Of a DNA stretch of 64,000 nt, positions 19,455 through 30,796 are shown piece by piece. A program made the translations under genes and the position numbers. Each line of letters begins with the position of its first letter. Position 1 is the stretch's first letter. The DNA is from Promethearchaeota archaeon (lineage in GTDB: Archaea; Asgardarchaeota; Lokiarchaeia; Sigyniarchaeales; SOKP01). The stretch covers positions 41,900-105,899 of the forward strand of contig JAEOTZ010000050.1 of assembly GCA_016839585.1 (NCBI GenBank), read 5' to 3'. Under the pieces are notes generated by a model. The model had not been told where the DNA came from. It worked only from the letters and a program-made list of their open reading frames with translations, and searched no databases.

Positions 19455-20597
19455 TTAATTTCGCAATTTAGGAGGAGGGACGTAGACTTTACGCATTCCT
19501 TCCAATAAAGATATGGCATTTTCAGGGCAGAAGTGAGCACAAACTCCACATCCTATACACCATTCTGCATTTCTCTCAGCTTTGTTATCATCATTTAATT
19601 CGATTGCATTAACAGGACATTTATTTATACAAATGCTACATCCAGTGCATAATTTTTCATCTATATATGATAAATAATTAGTCGAATTTATCATAGAGAT
19701 GGCTCCTTTTCTCCACATCTCAAAAGTTGCACAACAACATTCACAACAATTACATATACTTGTTTCATCCCTTTCAATGTCTTCATGAGGATGAAAAGCT
19801 TTATGAACTAAACCAGCTTTTTCAGACTCTTTTATAATTTTTAGTGCTTCATCTTTAGATATCATTCTAGCAAATCCATGGTCACTTGTATAGCGCGCAG
19901 ATTTGCCAAAAGTAAAACAATTTTCTCTTATATTTGTTGTTTTACAAGGATTTCCTAATATATCTTTGTGATGCCGACAAAAACAATGACCCACTGCAAT
20001 ATCTTCAAATTTATTTATAAGTTCTTCAACTTTTTGTGTAGGTAATACTTTTTCTTCTGGTATACTTATCTCTTTATTAATTAAAATCTTAAGTTCTTCA
20101 CCTGTTGTTGTTTTATCTAATATAGGTACAGTTCTATCAATTGGAGGGAAATTTTGATATATTGGAACTATATTATCATAATTTTTTTGAACAAAATTCC
20201 TTAACTCATCGAATAATTTAGCAAATAGCATAGCTAATTTTTCATTTTCTTCAGAAATTTCGAGTTTTTTCATAAAAGTATATTCAAATACTCCAACCAT
20301 AAATAACGGCATTAATCTATATACCATTACTTCTTTTGAACTGGGTTGATTGAATATAAACCCTTTTTTAGTTAATTTTTTCACATGCATTTCTATCTCG
20401 TTTTCTGACATTTTACTACTTAATTTTAATTGCTCCATAGTTTGAGAAGACTTTTTTCTAAATGCCATTACAAAAGGTAAATGTTCTTCATCAATTAATA
20501 GCTTCAATAATTCAATCATAGTATCATTTATGGGAAATGGAATCAAACCAGCTTTAACAATGGTTCGTGCAGCTTTTCTATATTTTTCATCAGACAT
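19455..20597 (-). CDS. iron-sulfur protein with C-terminal 2x[4Fe-4S] ferredoxin domain
   Basis: CTGCSICINKCP, CIGCGVCAHFCP, CFCR, ICNCCECCC. Confidence 0.85.
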   Translation of the reverse strand: MSDEKYRKAARTIVKAGLIPFPINDTMIELLKLLIDEEHLPFVMAFRKKSSQTMEQLKLSSKMSENEIEMHVKKLTKKGFIFNQPSSKEVMVYRLMPLFMVGVFEYTFMKKLEISEENEKLAMLFAKLFDELRNFVQKNYDNIVPIYQNFPPIDRTVPILDKTTTGEELKILINKEISIPEEKVLPTQKVEELINKFEDIAVGHCFCRHHKDILGNPCKTTNIRENCFTFGKSARYTSDHGFARMISKDEALKIIKESEKAGLVHKAFHPHEDIERDETSICNCCECCCATFEMWRKGAISMINSTNYLSYIDEKLCTGCSICINKCPVNAIELNDDNKAERNAEWCIGCGVCAHFCPENAISLLEGMRKVYVPPPKLRN

Positions 20598-20833
20598 TTT
20601 TATCCCCTAAAAATAATTAATCAATATTATATTAATTGAAAAATAGAGTGAATTATGATCTTAATAGTCTTTCGATTAAGTTTTCGGATTTTTTCACCAA
20701 TTAATAATTACTTATAAAAATTGATAATAATCATTGGTTAATAATTAAAATTAAAATTATTTGGTAATCTAAATAAATCAAACTGATAAATAAATTAATG
20801 TATAATTAGATTTCTTAAATGTGTTGAATATTT

Positions 20834-22153
20834 ATGGTTAATTGCTTAATTATTGGCCATGGTGCTAGAGAGCATGTAATTGGGGAATCTTTAGTACGTG
20901 GAGGTGCGACTTTATATTCTTTTATGAGTTTTAAAAATGCAGGTTTAGAAGATTTAAGTAAAGATATAAAAATTCATTCTGAAACAGATTTCAAAGAAAT
21001 TGTTGAGTTCTGCAAAAATAAAAACATTGATTTTGTTGTTATAGGACCAGAAGCTCCTTTATGTGTTGGGATTGTCGATGCTATAGAAAAGAACAATATT
21101 CCATGTGTTGGTCCACGAATTGAAGCTGCGCAATTAGAAGGATCAAAAGTATTTACACGATTTTTACTTGAAAAATATAAAATTCCCTCTAATGTAAAAA
21201 GTAAGATGTTTGACTCGTTGAATGGTATAGAAAATTACGTTAAAGATATAGGAGAAGAACATATTGTTATAAAACCAGAAGGTTTAACTGGGGGAAAAGG
21301 AGTAAAGGTTTACGGAGATCACCTCTTTTCGAAAAAAGAAATTTTGGAGTATTGTCAAGAATTAATAAATAAGAGAAGTAGATTTCTTATAGAAGAGAAA
21401 TGCGATGGAGAAGAGTTTACATTACAAACTTTTGTAGATGGTAAAAATGTAGTAGGTTCACCTTTAGTTCAAGACCATAAGAGGGCATATAATGGTGATA
21501 AGGGCCCAAATACAGGAGGTATGGGCTCATATAGTATGGAAGATCATCTATTGCCATTTATTACTCAAGAAGATGTTAAAATGGCATTAGATGATATGAA
21601 AAAAACCGTAGCAGCTGTGAAAGCTGAAACAGGTGTGGAATATAAAGGATTTCTCTATGGACAATTTATGAAAACAGCAAAGGGGCTGAAAATGATTGAA
21701 TATAATGCAAGATGGGGAGACCCTGAGGCAATGAATGTCCTACCGTTGCTTGAAGCTAATTTTGTGGATATATGTTGGAAGATTATTGATGGAAATTTAT
21801 CAGGAAATATTCGTTATGAAAAAAATGCAACTGTGTGTAAATATCTAGCACCTGAAGGATATCCAGTATCTCCAAAAAAAGATCAAATTGTAAAAATTAA
21901 CAAGGAAAAACTAAATGATGTTGGCGCGAAATATTATTATGCTTCTGTATATCGGGAAGGAAATTATATTTATACGACGACATCAAGAGCAATGGGAGTC
22001 CTAGGGATTGCTAACACACTTGAAGAAGCAGAAAAAATTGCCGAACGCGGTGTTAGTTGTATTGAAGGCAAACTATTTCATAGAAAAGACGTGGGAACAT
22101 TAGACTTGCTCCAGAAAAGAATTGATCATATGAATTCACTCTTGAATAAATAA
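20834..22153 (+). CDS. purD: phosphoribosylamine--glycine ligase
   Basis: GHGAREH, IGPEAPL, LEGSK, GKGV, QDHKRA..GDKGPNTGGMGSY, EYNARWGDPE. Confidence 0.97.
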   Translation: MVNCLIIGHGAREHVIGESLVRGGATLYSFMSFKNAGLEDLSKDIKIHSETDFKEIVEFCKNKNIDFVVIGPEAPLCVGIVDAIEKNNIPCVGPRIEAAQLEGSKVFTRFLLEKYKIPSNVKSKMFDSLNGIENYVKDIGEEHIVIKPEGLTGGKGVKVYGDHLFSKKEILEYCQELINKRSRFLIEEKCDGEEFTLQTFVDGKNVVGSPLVQDHKRAYNGDKGPNTGGMGSYSMEDHLLPFITQEDVKMALDDMKKTVAAVKAETGVEYKGFLYGQFMKTAKGLKMIEYNARWGDPEAMNVLPLLEANFVDICWKIIDGNLSGNIRYEKNATVCKYLAPEGYPVSPKKDQIVKINKEKLNDVGAKYYYASVYREGNYIYTTTSRAMGVLGIANTLEEAEKIAERGVSCIEGKLFHRKDVGTLDLLQKRIDHMNSLLNK

Positions 22154-22225
22154 ACCAATAAGAAAATTTTAATATTTTATAATCAACATATTATAATAAT
22201 ATCCAAGCTTATTTTAACTTGAAAT

Positions 22226-22711
22226 ATGTCTACTTATTCTAAAAATGCTAATTTCAATGAACTAATTAGTGTATTATTTAATAGTGATGACTGGCAAAAA
22301 AGAGCCGAAGCTGCCAGAAAGTTAGGGCTTTTAAAAGATCCTCGCGCATCAAATTTACTGTGGAGGGCTATTAAATCAGAAAAAGAATATATTGTAGTTA
22401 ATAGGATAATCGAAGCAATGGGGAGAATAGGAGATGCAAAAGTTACTTTAAGTATAATTAATATTTTAAGAGAAGAATTAAAAAGACAAGAAATAGATAA
22501 ATTTAGGATTATTTGTATCTTAGAAAGTCTAACAAGGCTTAAAGATAAAAGGGCTTTACCTTATATTGGATCATTTCTAAATTCTCTAGATGTAGAATTA
22601 AGGGAGCTTGCTGAGGGTAGTTTTGATGCAATAGAACCCAATTGGCGGGAAATAATTAAGAAAGCAAAGAGGGAGAAATCTATTGAGGAAATATTTAAAG
22701 TAAAACTTTGA
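22226..22711 (+). CDS. HEAT/PBS-lyase repeat protein
   Basis: RAEAARKLGLLKDPRA, IIEAMGRIGD, SLTRLKDKRALP. Confidence 0.8.
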   Translation: MSTYSKNANFNELISVLFNSDDWQKRAEAARKLGLLKDPRASNLLWRAIKSEKEYIVVNRIIEAMGRIGDAKVTLSIINILREELKRQEIDKFRIICILESLTRLKDKRALPYIGSFLNSLDVELRELAEGSFDAIEPNWREIIKKAKREKSIEEIFKVKL

Positions 22712-22842
22712 TCATGAAGATTTGTTTCGCTATTAATAGACTTTACTCAGTATTTATAACAAGCTCGCAATAAGAGATTTTTTAAGAAATTTAAATTCTT
22801 TTTATTTAAAGCAAAGTAAATGATATTAGAAAACGATAAAAA

Positions 22843-23946
22843 ATGTATAATGTTTGCTGCTGGGATTTGGAGGGACCAATTAGTGTTTTGGATTTTGCTT
22901 TAGAAATGGGGCCGTTATTAAGTAAAAAAAAAGATCTAAATCTTCATAAATATGATATGGGAGAATTCTTCTTCATGATTTCTACTTATGATGATTATAT
23001 AATAGATGTCCCAGGAGTTAAGAAAAAGTTAAAAATACCTGAGTATCAACCAGGCGATACTTTACGTTTAATGGCACCCATCTACGTTGCTTGTTTTTCT
23101 GAAAAAGATTTAATTAATTTAGCAAAACAGAATCTTGGATTGTTACCTGGATGTCAAGAATTAATGCAAATTCTTCAAAAAAAATGGGAGATATTTGTTA
23201 TTTCTACAAGCTATGCTCAATTTGCACATAATATTTCATCAGCATTAAAAATACCGAGAGATCATGTCTATTGTACTGAACTAAACATCCATGACTTAAA
23301 GGAAGGGTTATCAAACATAAATCATGAACTAGATGTTTTAGTAAGAGAAATTTTTCAAAATTATATAGATAATAATAAGGATCTTAATAGTGTCATAGAA
23401 GATTTAAATGATTTCTTTTGGAAAAATAACAATTCTGATTATATTAAGGTCATGAATCAAGTAAAAGTTAGAGGGGGAAAACGGAAGGAATTAGCTGTGG
23501 AAGAAATTTCTAAAAGAACTGGTATACCTATATATGAAATGATTGCATTAGGGGACTCGATAACAGATATTAATATGCTCCAGAGAGTAAATGATGAAGG
23601 TGGTGTAGCAATTTCATTTAATGGAAATAGATTTTCTGTCAAATATGCAAACATAGCAATTAATACTCCAAATAGTATGGGTGTTTTACCTATTTTTCAA
23701 TTAAGGAAAAATCTGCATATGTTTTTAGATGAATGGGAGTCTAATTTTAATTATTTTAAAAAGGATCCTAAAAATATCTCTAATGGATTAATCTCAGAAG
23801 AATGTAAAAAATATTTTATTAAAAACAATTTTGTACCTGAAATTGTTAATTTAACTAATAAATCAAAAGATCAATTTAGTGAAATAATTTCAAGGCAAGA
23901 GCAAATGCGAAAAAATGTGAGAGGGAGGGCAGGGTCTTTAGGATAA
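22843..23946 (+). CDS. HAD-superfamily hydrolase (EhaR-like)
   Basis: WDLEGPIS, ISTSY, GDSITDINML, SFNGN. Confidence 0.75.
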   Translation: MYNVCCWDLEGPISVLDFALEMGPLLSKKKDLNLHKYDMGEFFFMISTYDDYIIDVPGVKKKLKIPEYQPGDTLRLMAPIYVACFSEKDLINLAKQNLGLLPGCQELMQILQKKWEIFVISTSYAQFAHNISSALKIPRDHVYCTELNIHDLKEGLSNINHELDVLVREIFQNYIDNNKDLNSVIEDLNDFFWKNNNSDYIKVMNQVKVRGGKRKELAVEEISKRTGIPIYEMIALGDSITDINMLQRVNDEGGVAISFNGNRFSVKYANIAINTPNSMGVLPIFQLRKNLHMFLDEWESNFNYFKKDPKNISNGLISEECKKYFIKNNFVPEIVNLTNKSKDQFSEIISRQEQMRKNVRGRAGSLG

Positions 23947-23949
23947 TTT

Positions 23950-24576
23950 TTATCTTTTGCCCCCATTATTAGATTTTTTATTTATAAAATATTTTTTATA
24001 AAATTTTCTTCCTGAGATTATCTGTTTCAATTTCCTTAGATCTCTAAATACAATAATTGCCCATAATATAATCCCTATTAGCAAAAAAGTAAAAGACGAG
24101 CTTAGAGGCGAGCCAAAAATTAACCCAAATGTTAAAAAATAAATAAGGAAAAAGACTGTAGAAAATAGACTAATTAAAATAAGATAAATTTTCCATTTAG
24201 ATCTTGAAACGAACTCATTTCTTTTTAAACTTTCATAGCAATTACAACAGATTAATGGGATATCAATATTATAACTTTCCTTAAAATATATTTTATGAAT
24301 AATAGTAAACATTCTATCAATGCGATTTCCACACAATTTGCATACATAATCTGATTTTTTTAATCTCTTCTGCTCAATATTATTAATTCTAGATTTTGAA
24401 AAATAGCAATCATTATTTTGATAATGAGAACAGGTTTTACATGTTAATAAAAGTTCTAATTTTCTCTCTTCAAAATGAGTTTTATTTGGCATTATGAAAA
24501 ATGGATAATTTGGGTGTTGTTGGCAAATAACCCTTCCTTTATCATCTATTTCAAAATTAGGTTCAATAAAAGGCAT
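23950..24576 (-). CDS. Cys-rich zinc-binding membrane protein
   Basis: CxxH, CxxC, CxxC, CCxC followed by two TM helices. Confidence 0.65.
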   Translation of the reverse strand: MPFIEPNFEIDDKGRVICQQHPNYPFFIMPNKTHFEERKLELLLTCKTCSHYQNNDCYFSKSRINNIEQKRLKKSDYVCKLCGNRIDRMFTIIHKIYFKESYNIDIPLICCNCYESLKRNEFVSRSKWKIYLILISLFSTVFFLIYFLTFGLIFGSPLSSSFTFLLIGIILWAIIVFRDLRKLKQIISGRKFYKKYFINKKSNNGGKR

Positions 24577-24694
24577 TTATATTTAACATGAAGATAAGTT
24601 ATTTTATTTAATTTTATTTAAGAAATAAATTCTTGTTTGCTTTAATTATTATTATAGTATAATGCTATAAAATTATCTTTAATTATACTAAATT

Positions 24695-27600
24695 TTGAAA
24701 TTAAATGATAAGGAGTTATCAAAAATGTCAAGTTCATCCAAAACCACTTATAATATTAGTAAAATAATATCCGATAATATAGAGGATTTAATTTTTATAT
24801 ACAATATAAACTTCAAATGTGAGTATACGAATATAAATATCGAATTAGAAGTATTACATGTTTCAAATGAGAATAAAAAATTGGAACAGATTATCCATCC
24901 AAATGACCTCATTCCTATGATTGAGTTATTGGAACGAACATTTAAACTTGGACATGCAATTGCCGAAATTAGAATTAAATATAAAGATAAAATTTTCAAA
25001 TGGTATGAGATAAAAACTAAACGATTTATTGATACATCTCGAGAAAATAAAGTTATCTTGTTTTCTAGAGAAATCACAAAGTTTAAAAAAATGGAACAAG
25101 AAATAACAGCTCGTCAAGAAAATTTCAATGAATTGACAGCAACTTTACCTGAAATAAGGTATTGGAAATTTCTTCAATCCAAGAAGGGTATCGCCGCTTA
25201 TCAAAAAACAAGAGAAATGTTAGAGTTAGTGATTGACAATATCCCACAATTAATCTATTGGAAGGATACAAATTTGAATTATTTAGGATGTAATCAAAAT
25301 TTTGCTGCTTTAACAGGACTCAAAGACCCTATAAGTATAATTGGCAAAAATCATGATGATCTGCTGTGGATTAAGGAAGATCTAACAAAGATTCAAGAGA
25401 TTGAAAAAAGAGTAATGGCAAATAATCAAGCTAAATATCATACTATAGAATTTTTAGTTTTACAAAATGGTAACCAAATTTGGTATGAGGTGAATAGAAT
25501 TCCACTCCATAATTTAGATGGAAAGGTTGTAGGAATTCTTTCCACTTATAGAGATATCACAATTCGAAGAGTAGCAGAACAAAAATTAAGAGAGTCTGAA
25601 GAAAAATACCGAAGTATTCTCGAAAATATAGAAGAAAGTTACTTTGAAGTTGATTTAAAAGGAAATTTTACTTTTTTTAATGATGCTTTATGTGATCTTC
25701 AAGGAATCCCAAGGAATGAATTATTAGGCTTAAATTTTAAGAATTTAGTAGATGAAGAAAATAGGAATAAAATTTTCCAAGTATATAAAAATGTTTATGA
25801 AACTGAAATCCCTAAAAGTAATTTTCAATTTCAATTTTTGAAAAAAAATGGAGAACGAGTGATATGTGAATCTTCAATCTATTTAAGATATGATTCAAAT
25901 CGAAATAAAATAGGATTTAGCGGCTTAGCACGAGATATTACAGATAAATTTCGCTTAGAGCAAAAAATAAAAGAATCTGAAAAGAAGTATAGAAACATCA
26001 TTGAAAATACTAAAGATGTGATTGTCATTACTGGACTTGATGGAAAATTTCGTTTTGTTTCTCCTCAATTTTCTGAGCTACTAGGTAAAGAAGTTAATCT
26101 AGAAACCAAATTATTTCAAGGTATTCACCCCGATGATATTCAACGTTTAAAAAAATCATTCTCAAAGGCTGTTAATGAAAAAAGTGTATTAATGACCAAA
26201 GAAGTTGAATATCGTACAATTCATCAAGATGGGCATTATATTTGGTTGTCAAGTTCTTCAAAAAATTACTATGATGATGATGGGAATTTAATTGGTTTTA
26301 TTACTCTATTAAGGGATGTTACTGACAAAAAAATAGCAGAAAAAAAGTTAAAAGAATCAGAAGAGAAATACAGACATTTATTTGAGAGCTCTCCATATGC
26401 TATTTGGTTACTGGAATTAGATGGAACAATTCTAGATTGTAATTCTACAATGAATAATTTACTTTCTGCTTATGAAAGAAAAGATCTAATAGGAAAAAAG
26501 TTTTCTGAAGTATTATCGATAATTAAAAGACCTGAATTTCTTATAGACATATTAAAGGAGCGATGGGCAAAATTTGTCAAAGGAGATAAATTAGAGCCCT
26601 TAGAATTTCAGATTACTAGAGTCGATGGGAAGAAGTTATGGTTAGACATCCAGAGCTATCTAGTAAATGTTGGTGATAAGACTCTAATTCAGGCAATTAT
26701 TCAAGATACAACTGAAAAAAAAAAGGCTGAACAAAACCTAAAAAAATCTCAAGAAGAATTAAGAATATTGAATAGATTATTAGAGCAAAAAGTATTAGAA
26801 AGGACTCTTGAATTGAGAAAGTCGGAGCAACAGTACCATACTACAGTTGATTCATTAGGTGATTCGCTGCATGTTGTTGATAGAGATTTGAGAATTATTT
26901 TAATAAATCAAGCACTTAAGAAATGGCTTGAAGAATTCAATATTGATACAAGTATAGTTGGTAGCAAGATTTCTGAAGCTTTCCCATTTTTGGCAAGCAT
27001 TATTTATGAAGAATACCAACAAGTATTTGACACTGGCATACCTCTTATCACCACAGAAACTACTATATTGCCAGAGATTGATGTAATTACTGAAACTCGA
27101 AAGTTCCCAACTTTTGCAAAAGGTAAAGTCGCTCAAGTAATCACTATTATACGTGATATAACAGAAAGAAAGAAAATAGAACAAAAATTAATTGAATCTG
27201 AAAGAAAATTAAGAGACCAAAACATTGAGTTAAAAAAATTAGACCAGATTAAAAATGATTTTATTACTATGGCAGCTCATGAGCTAAAAACACCTTTAAT
27301 TTCTATTTCTGGTTATACAGATTATATTCTTCTCAAGCATAAAAACGCCTTAATTCCGGAAATATTTGAAGATTTGAAAACAGTTCAGAGAAATGTCAAA
27401 CGCCTAGAAATTTTAATGGATCAACTATTAGAAGTTATGAAAATTGATGAAGGTAGATTACAATTACAAATTGAAAAAACAAATGTAAGTAAAATAATTA
27501 ACAATTGCTTGGACGAATTAAGCTATCTAATTAATGAAAAAAATCTTGAGATAATCCTTAATATTGATTATGAGATAATATTAAATGTAGATCCCACACG

Positions 27601-27925
27601 AATCTTTCTTGTTTTCACTAATTTAATTTCAAATGCTATTAAATTTACACCTGACTATGGTTGGATTGAAATTTCGGCTAAAAAAGAAAATGAGAAGTAT
27701 TTTTTTGTAATTAAAGACAACGGAATTGGTTTAACTAAAGATGAAATAGGTAGATTATTCATAAAGTTTGAAAGGATAAACCATCCAATTGGGAGCAAAG
27801 ATACAGGAACGGGACTTGGTCTATATATTTCAAAGGGAATAGTTGAAGCCCATGGGGGGGAAATCTGGACTAAATCCGAGGGATTAAATGAAGGTACAAC
27901 ATTTTCATTTTCTCTTCCTTTGTAA
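24695..27925 (+). CDS. multi-PAS sensor histidine kinase (soluble)
   Basis: About 6 PAS/PAC repeats (IHPDD, RDIT), H-box AAHELKTPL, NLISNAIKF, DNGIG, GTGLGL. Confidence 0.95.
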   Translation: MKLNDKELSKMSSSSKTTYNISKIISDNIEDLIFIYNINFKCEYTNINIELEVLHVSNENKKLEQIIHPNDLIPMIELLERTFKLGHAIAEIRIKYKDKIFKWYEIKTKRFIDTSRENKVILFSREITKFKKMEQEITARQENFNELTATLPEIRYWKFLQSKKGIAAYQKTREMLELVIDNIPQLIYWKDTNLNYLGCNQNFAALTGLKDPISIIGKNHDDLLWIKEDLTKIQEIEKRVMANNQAKYHTIEFLVLQNGNQIWYEVNRIPLHNLDGKVVGILSTYRDITIRRVAEQKLRESEEKYRSILENIEESYFEVDLKGNFTFFNDALCDLQGIPRNELLGLNFKNLVDEENRNKIFQVYKNVYETEIPKSNFQFQFLKKNGERVICESSIYLRYDSNRNKIGFSGLARDITDKFRLEQKIKESEKKYRNIIENTKDVIVITGLDGKFRFVSPQFSELLGKEVNLETKLFQGIHPDDIQRLKKSFSKAVNEKSVLMTKEVEYRTIHQDGHYIWLSSSSKNYYDDDGNLIGFITLLRDVTDKKIAEKKLKESEEKYRHLFESSPYAIWLLELDGTILDCNSTMNNLLSAYERKDLIGKKFSEVLSIIKRPEFLIDILKERWAKFVKGDKLEPLEFQITRVDGKKLWLDIQSYLVNVGDKTLIQAIIQDTTEKKKAEQNLKKSQEELRILNRLLEQKVLERTLELRKSEQQYHTTVDSLGDSLHVVDRDLRIILINQALKKWLEEFNIDTSIVGSKISEAFPFLASIIYEEYQQVFDTGIPLITTETTILPEIDVITETRKFPTFAKGKVAQVITIIRDITERKKIEQKLIESERKLRDQNIELKKLDQIKNDFITMAAHELKTPLISISGYTDYILLKHKNALIPEIFEDLKTVQRNVKRLEILMDQLLEVMKIDEGRLQLQIEKTNVSKIINNCLDELSYLINEKNLEIILNIDYEIILNVDPTRIFLVFTNLISNAIKFTPDYGWIEISAKKENEKYFFVIKDNGIGLTKDEIGRLFIKFERINHPIGSKDTGTGLGLYISKGIVEAHGGEIWTKSEGLNEGTTFSFSLPL

Positions 27926-28052
27926 TTTGGTATTCAAAGATAATTTTTCTTTTTAAATAGTTATTAGTAATCCATTATTCAGTTATCTTTTTTTTATTGA
28001 ATATTTGATAAATAAATTAGAAAGGAATATTTTTTTAAATAACGTAACTGAG

Positions 28053-30224
28053 ATGGCAATTCTAATAATAGCTGAGAAAAAAAAAGCCGCAGAAGCTATA
28101 GCAGAAGCTCTTGGACCAGTTAAATTTATAAAAAAAACAAAAAGTTTAAACATTTATTATATACCATCAAGAAATATTTATGTTTTACCACTAAGAGGGC
28201 ATCTCCTTGAATATAGAAACACAGATGCGTTCAAAGGTTGGACTAATATTAATCCTCGCGATATTATCACTAATCCAAAATCAATCAAGAAGGTACCAAT
28301 CAAATATACAGGGGCTTATATTAAAGCATTAAAAGAATATGCAAAAATTTGTAATTATTGTATAATTGGAACAGATGCAGATATTGAAGGATGCAATATT
28401 GGGCTTATAGATGCATTACCTTTTGTTGTTCAAGAAAATCCAAACATCAGATTGTCACAAATGTGGCTTAGTTCACTACAAAAGCATGAAATAATAAAGA
28501 AATTTAATCAAACAATTCAACCAAAGTATAATTGGGCAAAAACAGGTGAGGCAAGGGCAATTATCGATGCTGTAATAGGTTTCTCTGCAACAAAAGAAGC
28601 CACTAATACTTTTAGACTACTTTTGAATAAACTTAATGCCAGATTTATATCAATTGGTAGAGTTCAGACCTCATTATTATACTTAATCTATTTATTAGAA
28701 GAACGAATTAAAAATTTTGTACCAGAACCTTATCTCACGATTGAAGCTAATTTAAATCATAAAGATGGAAAATTTAAAGCATACCATCAAAAAAATCCAT
28801 TTCAAAAAGCAGATAAAGCTTTAGCGAAGATTATATTCAATAAAATTAAGGACGAAAAATTTGCTAACGTAATAAACAATACAACAAATTTAGTTAAAAA
28901 TCCTCCACCCACACCCCTTAACACTTCAAAAGCTCTTATTTTGCTTACAAGAGTTTTGAAGATTAATGCAAATCTTGCTTTAAAGACAATGAATTCTTTA
29001 TATCTTAATAAAATAATATCATATCCAAGAACTGACAGTGATATATACAAACCAAATTTTGATCACATTCAGTATCTAAAGAAATTCATCACTCATTCTC
29101 AATATTGGAATTACACCCAAAGTCTGCTGAAAAATAATAGAGTCAAACCAACAAAAGGAAAAAAAGACGCTGGAGATCATCCTCCAATAACACCTTTAGA
29201 AAGCTTGGAATCAAATGATTCTCGGTTTAAAACCAATATTCATAAAAGAGTTTATGATGTATTAGCCAGACATTATTTAGCACTTTTTGGACCTGATGCT
29301 ATTGAATCAAAAACTGTTTTAAAACTATCTATAAAAGATGAACCATTTATATCAAGGATTCTTGCTCTAATATCTGAGGGATATTTAGCAATAGCTCCCT
29401 TCCTTAAAAAAAATTATGATATACTTATAAAAATCGTCGAAAATAAAATTCCAGTGGATGAGATCTTTTTGAATGAAAAAGAAACTAAATCACCAGCAAG
29501 ATATACAGATACCTCGCTTTTAAAGTTAATGGAAAAGAATCATTTAGGAACAAAATCGACGCGCCCTACTATTATTCAATTATTACAAAAGCGTGATTTG
29601 ATTTATCGTAATAAAGGTAGATATATACTTACAGAACTAGGTAATTTTTTAATTGAATGCTTAAAAGAAATTTGGTTACCCTTTTTAGAACCGAATTTTA
29701 CTAAAGAGGTGGAAGTTCAACTAAATGAAATTAAAGAAAATAGAAAAAAAATGGAGGATGTAGTTAATATTGTCAAAAAGAAATTTTTAGAGTTATTTGA
29801 TCTATTTATTTCAAATAAAAATGAAATTATTAAACGTATCAATAGTTATAAAGTTAAGGATGTTACCTCTTTGCGTAAAAGTAAATCATTTCCACTTACA
29901 TCATCCATGTGTCCTTTTTGTAATGTGAATCCAATGAAATTAATAACTACGACTAAAAAAAAGAGATTCCTTGCTTGTTCTGATGATAATTGCAAAAGTT
30001 ATTTTTCTTTACCACAGAGGGGTAAGATAACCATTTTAAACTCAAAATGTCTCAAATGTGGATTTAATGTTTTTAGAGTTTATTATCGAAGAAATAATAA
30101 AGAATTGAGTTATTATTTTTGTCCTAATTGCTGGAATAAAAGCCTTAAAGAGGACTCAGGGAATATGTTCTGCTCCAAATGTGAGGAGTATAAGATTTTG
30201 AATAATCAATGCGTTAAAAAATAG
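28053..30224 (+). CDS. topA: type IA DNA topoisomerase with C-terminal zinc ribbons
   Basis: IAEK TOPRIM, DADIEG, SIGRVQT, ISYPRTDS (catalytic Tyr), HPPITP, GTKSTR; C-terminal CxxC ribbons. Confidence 0.93.
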   Translation: MAILIIAEKKKAAEAIAEALGPVKFIKKTKSLNIYYIPSRNIYVLPLRGHLLEYRNTDAFKGWTNINPRDIITNPKSIKKVPIKYTGAYIKALKEYAKICNYCIIGTDADIEGCNIGLIDALPFVVQENPNIRLSQMWLSSLQKHEIIKKFNQTIQPKYNWAKTGEARAIIDAVIGFSATKEATNTFRLLLNKLNARFISIGRVQTSLLYLIYLLEERIKNFVPEPYLTIEANLNHKDGKFKAYHQKNPFQKADKALAKIIFNKIKDEKFANVINNTTNLVKNPPPTPLNTSKALILLTRVLKINANLALKTMNSLYLNKIISYPRTDSDIYKPNFDHIQYLKKFITHSQYWNYTQSLLKNNRVKPTKGKKDAGDHPPITPLESLESNDSRFKTNIHKRVYDVLARHYLALFGPDAIESKTVLKLSIKDEPFISRILALISEGYLAIAPFLKKNYDILIKIVENKIPVDEIFLNEKETKSPARYTDTSLLKLMEKNHLGTKSTRPTIIQLLQKRDLIYRNKGRYILTELGNFLIECLKEIWLPFLEPNFTKEVEVQLNEIKENRKKMEDVVNIVKKKFLELFDLFISNKNEIIKRINSYKVKDVTSLRKSKSFPLTSSMCPFCNVNPMKLITTTKKKRFLACSDDNCKSYFSLPQRGKITILNSKCLKCGFNVFRVYYRRNNKELSYYFCPNCWNKSLKEDSGNMFCSKCEEYKILNNQCVKK

Positions 30225-30595
30225 AATATTTTAACCACCAATATTTTAACCACCAACAAGGTACCTCTATTAGGCTCCAATCCAGCAATCTTTTCATAAT
30301 TCTCTAATGCACTGTCATGATCTTTTAACTCACTGAAAATATCAGCGATACTCTTCAAATATTCGGTGTTATCTGGTTCTAGCTCTAATGCTCTTTGATA
30401 ACCCTCTATTGCTTCTCTAGGTTTTAAAAGCATATTGTAGGCAAATCCTTTTTTCTCCCACTCGTAGCTATTTTGTGGTTGGAGTTTTATAACTTTTTGA
30501 AGAATAGTATTTGCCTTATTATATTCCTTATTATCAGCATATGCCTGAGCTTGTTTAAACAGGCTTGATATACTTTCCTTAGTTTCTTCTACCAT
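30206..30595 (-). CDS. TPR-repeat protein, probably 3'-truncated
   Basis: Three TPR units; aberrant tail (LVVKILVVKIF) generated by a tandem duplication. Confidence 0.6.
   Translation of the reverse strand: MVEETKESISSLFKQAQAYADNKEYNKANTILQKVIKLQPQNSYEWEKKGFAYNMLLKPREAIEGYQRALELEPDNTEYLKSIADIFSELKDHDSALENYEKIAGLEPNRGTLLVVKILVVKIFYFLTH
30225..30254. repeat. 15-bp tandem duplication AATATTTTAACCACC x2
   Basis: Exact copies at 30225-30239 and 30240-30254, right after the topoisomerase stop. Confidence 0.9.
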
Positions 30596-30796
30596 TCTAC
30601 CCTCTCCTTGATTTGTAGGTTTTAATCCTTGAATTCTGTAAATCGGTTCTTATTTTGTTGACTACTTTATTTTTTCTTATCTTCTCTTTTACCTGTTCTT
30701 CATGCCATTTCCATGGAATTTCGTAGTCAAGACTCTTACTTTCAGTCATAAAATATTAAAAATAAATCTGTAATTAGAATCAATAGTATATTCTGT

